NCBI GenBank assembly: GCA_965603825.1
Contig: CBFDEM010000009.1
Coordinates: 186,001 to 250,000 of the forward strand
Origin: Blepharisma stoltei ATCC 30299
Taxonomy: Eukaryota > Protista > Ciliophora
Direction: 5' to 3'
Length of the DNA: 64,000 nucleotides
The notes beneath the pieces are model-generated. The model was not told the origin of the DNA and ran no database searches. It saw only the letters and a list, made by a program, of their open reading frames with translations. Within the stretch, counting starts at the first letter, position 1. Each line of letters starts with the position of its first letter. The position numbers were made by a program, and so were the translations under genes. Positions 62,098 through 64,000 of this stretch are shown here, in pieces.

Positions 62098-63594
62098 ATG
62101 GACCAAAGAACCTCTGCAAGAAAACCTGAAACAAGAGAAAGACCTGAAATTTCATCTGTTTCTCGAGAAAAAGCTGAAGCTGCAAAAGCATATATTGAGC
62201 AAAAATACTCCAAACTCAAGCGAGAAGAATCAGAAAAACGTGAAGGCTGAAACGAGCTTTCACGCAAAATGACTGAGCTGAGTCTCTCCTCCACAGACCA
62301 AGAATTAATTAAGCAAGAAATCCTCCACAAAGAAGCAGAACAGCTTCGACAAAAACGAAAAAGGACGACAATTTATGATTTTGAGCCAATTGCTATCATA
62401 GGAAGAGGCGCATTTGGAGAAGTCAGAGTGGTCCGCAGCAAGATTTCAGGTGAAATCCTGGCCATGAAGAAAATGAATAAGTCAGAAATGATAAGGAAAA
62501 ATCAAGTCCAGCATATAAGGGCTGAAAGAAATGTGCTAGCTCTGGCGAATAATCCGTGAATTGTTGAGCTGAAATATTCTTTTCAAGACGAAAGATACCT
62601 GTATTTGGCAATGGAATATCTTCCTGGAGGAGATTTAATGACAATTTTGATTAAGCGGGATATTCTTCCTGAGGCAGAGGCGAGATTTTATATAGCTGAA
62701 ATGATAATGGCAGTGGATTCAGTCCATAAATTGAATTATATACATAGAGATTTAAAGCCAGACAACATTTTAATAGATTCTCAAGGACATGTAAAGCTCT
62801 CAGACTTTGGCCTTTGTAAGATGAGCGAAATTCAAACAGACCATCCTTACGCAAATTTAAGGAAAATAGAAGAAGACATCAAAACAAAGCAATACATTGA
62901 CAAGAAAAGTGACTATAAAAGAAATAGAGTGCTTGCATATTCTACTGTAGGAACTCCTGATTATATTGCTCCAGAGGTGTTTGAGAGAAATGGATATACT
63001 GAAACTGTTGATTGGTGGAGCTTAGGTGTGATTTTATATGAAATGGTTGTCGGCTATCCCCCATTTTTCTCTGATGAACCTTCAATTACTTGTCAAAAAA
63101 TTCTGCATTGGAGTAAAACTTTGGCGATTCCTCGTGAAGCGAATTTAAGCAGATCTGTAACAGATTTGATAAGAAGACTGATATGTGATCGTCAAAATCG
63201 CCTTGGAATTAATGGTGTAGAAGAAATACAGCGCCATCCTTTCTTTATGGGGATTAATTGGGAAAATTTAAGGAATTCAAGAGCACCTTGGGTGCCAGAT
63301 GTAAGTTTTATGTAGTTAAGAAGTGAAGTTGACACATCAAATTTTGACCAATTTGAAGAAGTTGAGCCTTTTTACCCTCCAGAAAGCGAAAGAAAGAAAA
63401 AAATCAGAAAGGATAATAACTTTATTGGCTATACATATAAAAAAGAATTAGAAAATCAAAGAACAAGCTTAGTAACAGCTCTTCAAGAGCTTGATGCAGT
63501 TAAAACTTCAGTTTCTATACCAATTCCCCAGCCTGCACAAAAATACAACAAGCAACAATTTATGATAAATTCTCAAGAACTTTATTCAAGTTAA
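62098..63594 (+). CDS. NDR/LATS-family AGC kinase (STK38-like), 493 aa, one 15-nt intron
   Basis: MOB-binding N-terminal region, [22 protein letters not shown](TGA)[23 protein letters not shown], hydrophobic motif FIGYTY. Confidence 0.95.
63301..63315 (+). other. 15-nt intron GTAAGTTTTATGTAG
   Basis: Removes TAG and restores the AGC C-tail [14 protein letters not shown]. Confidence 0.9.
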
Positions 63595-63757
63595 ATATAA
63601 ATAATTAATGATATTATTACATTGACTTAAGCAATTTGATATTTATCTTTTTTGTTCTCATTAAAGTTAGGAAAAATATGGGAAAATGAAAAATCATATA
63701 AATCATTAAATAAGTATTTTATAATCTGTCTACTTATTTAGAAGAATTTATCCACTA

Positions 63758-63850
63758 AATAAAATGACCCATTAGGCAATAATTGTCTTATAGGAATTAG
63801 CAATATATATTACATTAACAATTAATTGCCTGCTACAATAAAATGACCCA
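63758..63850. repeat. 14-nt direct repeat AATAAAATGACCCA flanking an imperfect inverted repeat
   Basis: Copies at 63758-63771 and 63837-63850; AGGCAATAATTGT (63774-63786) pairs with ACAATTAATTGCCT (63818-63831). Confidence 0.55.
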
Positions 63851-64000
63851 ATCTCACAAATGTTTATAAATATAAATTTTAAAATAAAAAATTATTCATT
63901 TTTACTATCATATTTTCTTTCTATTGCAATTTTTCTATTTGATTTTCTTTATATTTTATTAATTTACTATCATCCATTTTGATATGTATTTCTGTCTGCA

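Noticed and set aside
6047-62854. Antisense or alternate-frame track ORFs (e.g. 6047-6478, 18972-19322, 29443-29778, 44887-45309, 50412-50780, 36184-36396)
   Set aside because: They are shadows of well-supported genes, with Ser/Phe/Leu-rich composition and no motifs.
1-64000. Mass pseudogenisation, or Mycoplasma/mitochondrial origin, as the explanation for in-frame TGA
   Set aside because: Frames are preserved across TGA with no TAA/TAG, the genes are eukaryotic nuclear types (RAD23, NDR, CDC50), and GT-AG introns are present.
1-64000. TGA as selenocysteine or cysteine
   Set aside because: TGA aligns to conserved Trp, not redox Cys, and is far too frequent; no convincing SECIS was seen.
1-64000. 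Telomeric repeats, retained IESs, transposons, tRNA or rRNA genes
   Set aside because: None recognisable by eye. IESs cannot be called without comparing micronuclear and macronuclear sequence, and no coding region is interrupted by a long insertion.

Overview
AT-rich, gene-dense eukaryotic nuclear DNA, most consistent with the macronuclear genome of a heterotrich ciliate of the Blepharisma type (inferred, not database-checked). Two properties explain the fragmented ORF track. (1) TGA is read as Trp: it sits at invariant Trp positions (WD40 'WD', kinase 'DIW', RING 'W', DOMON 'GW'), and every gene I traced ends in TAA or TAG. (2) Introns are exactly 15 nt (GTA...A at position 10...YAG); ten are supported and one is ambiguous. 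Re-read this way, the window holds about 35 intact genes and 2 probable pseudogenes. The left ~21 kb is accessory-like: tandem surface-protein paralogues, a SABATH methyltransferase, a pentapeptide-WD40 protein, a zinc-finger/Kelch gene with a decayed copy, a DOMON-cyt b561-cyt b5-FNR fusion, a Cys-rich protein, a ~400-nt highly structured non-coding segment and a TPR protein. The remainder is mostly core genes, including aldo-keto reductase, NAA50-like GNAT, PHAF1, CDC50, EEP, phosphonopyruvate decarboxylase, PTS2 thiolase, SLC22-like MFS, CFAP20-domain, GPI surface protein, RING-H2, ACSL, cyclase-family hydrolase, RAD23, a 2090-aa pseudo-P4-ATPase-guanylyl cyclase, Aurora-like kinase, arrestin and NDR kinase. 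I saw no rRNA, tRNA, telomere repeats, transposase or CRISPR. Coordinates were derived by hand and start codons are best guesses.
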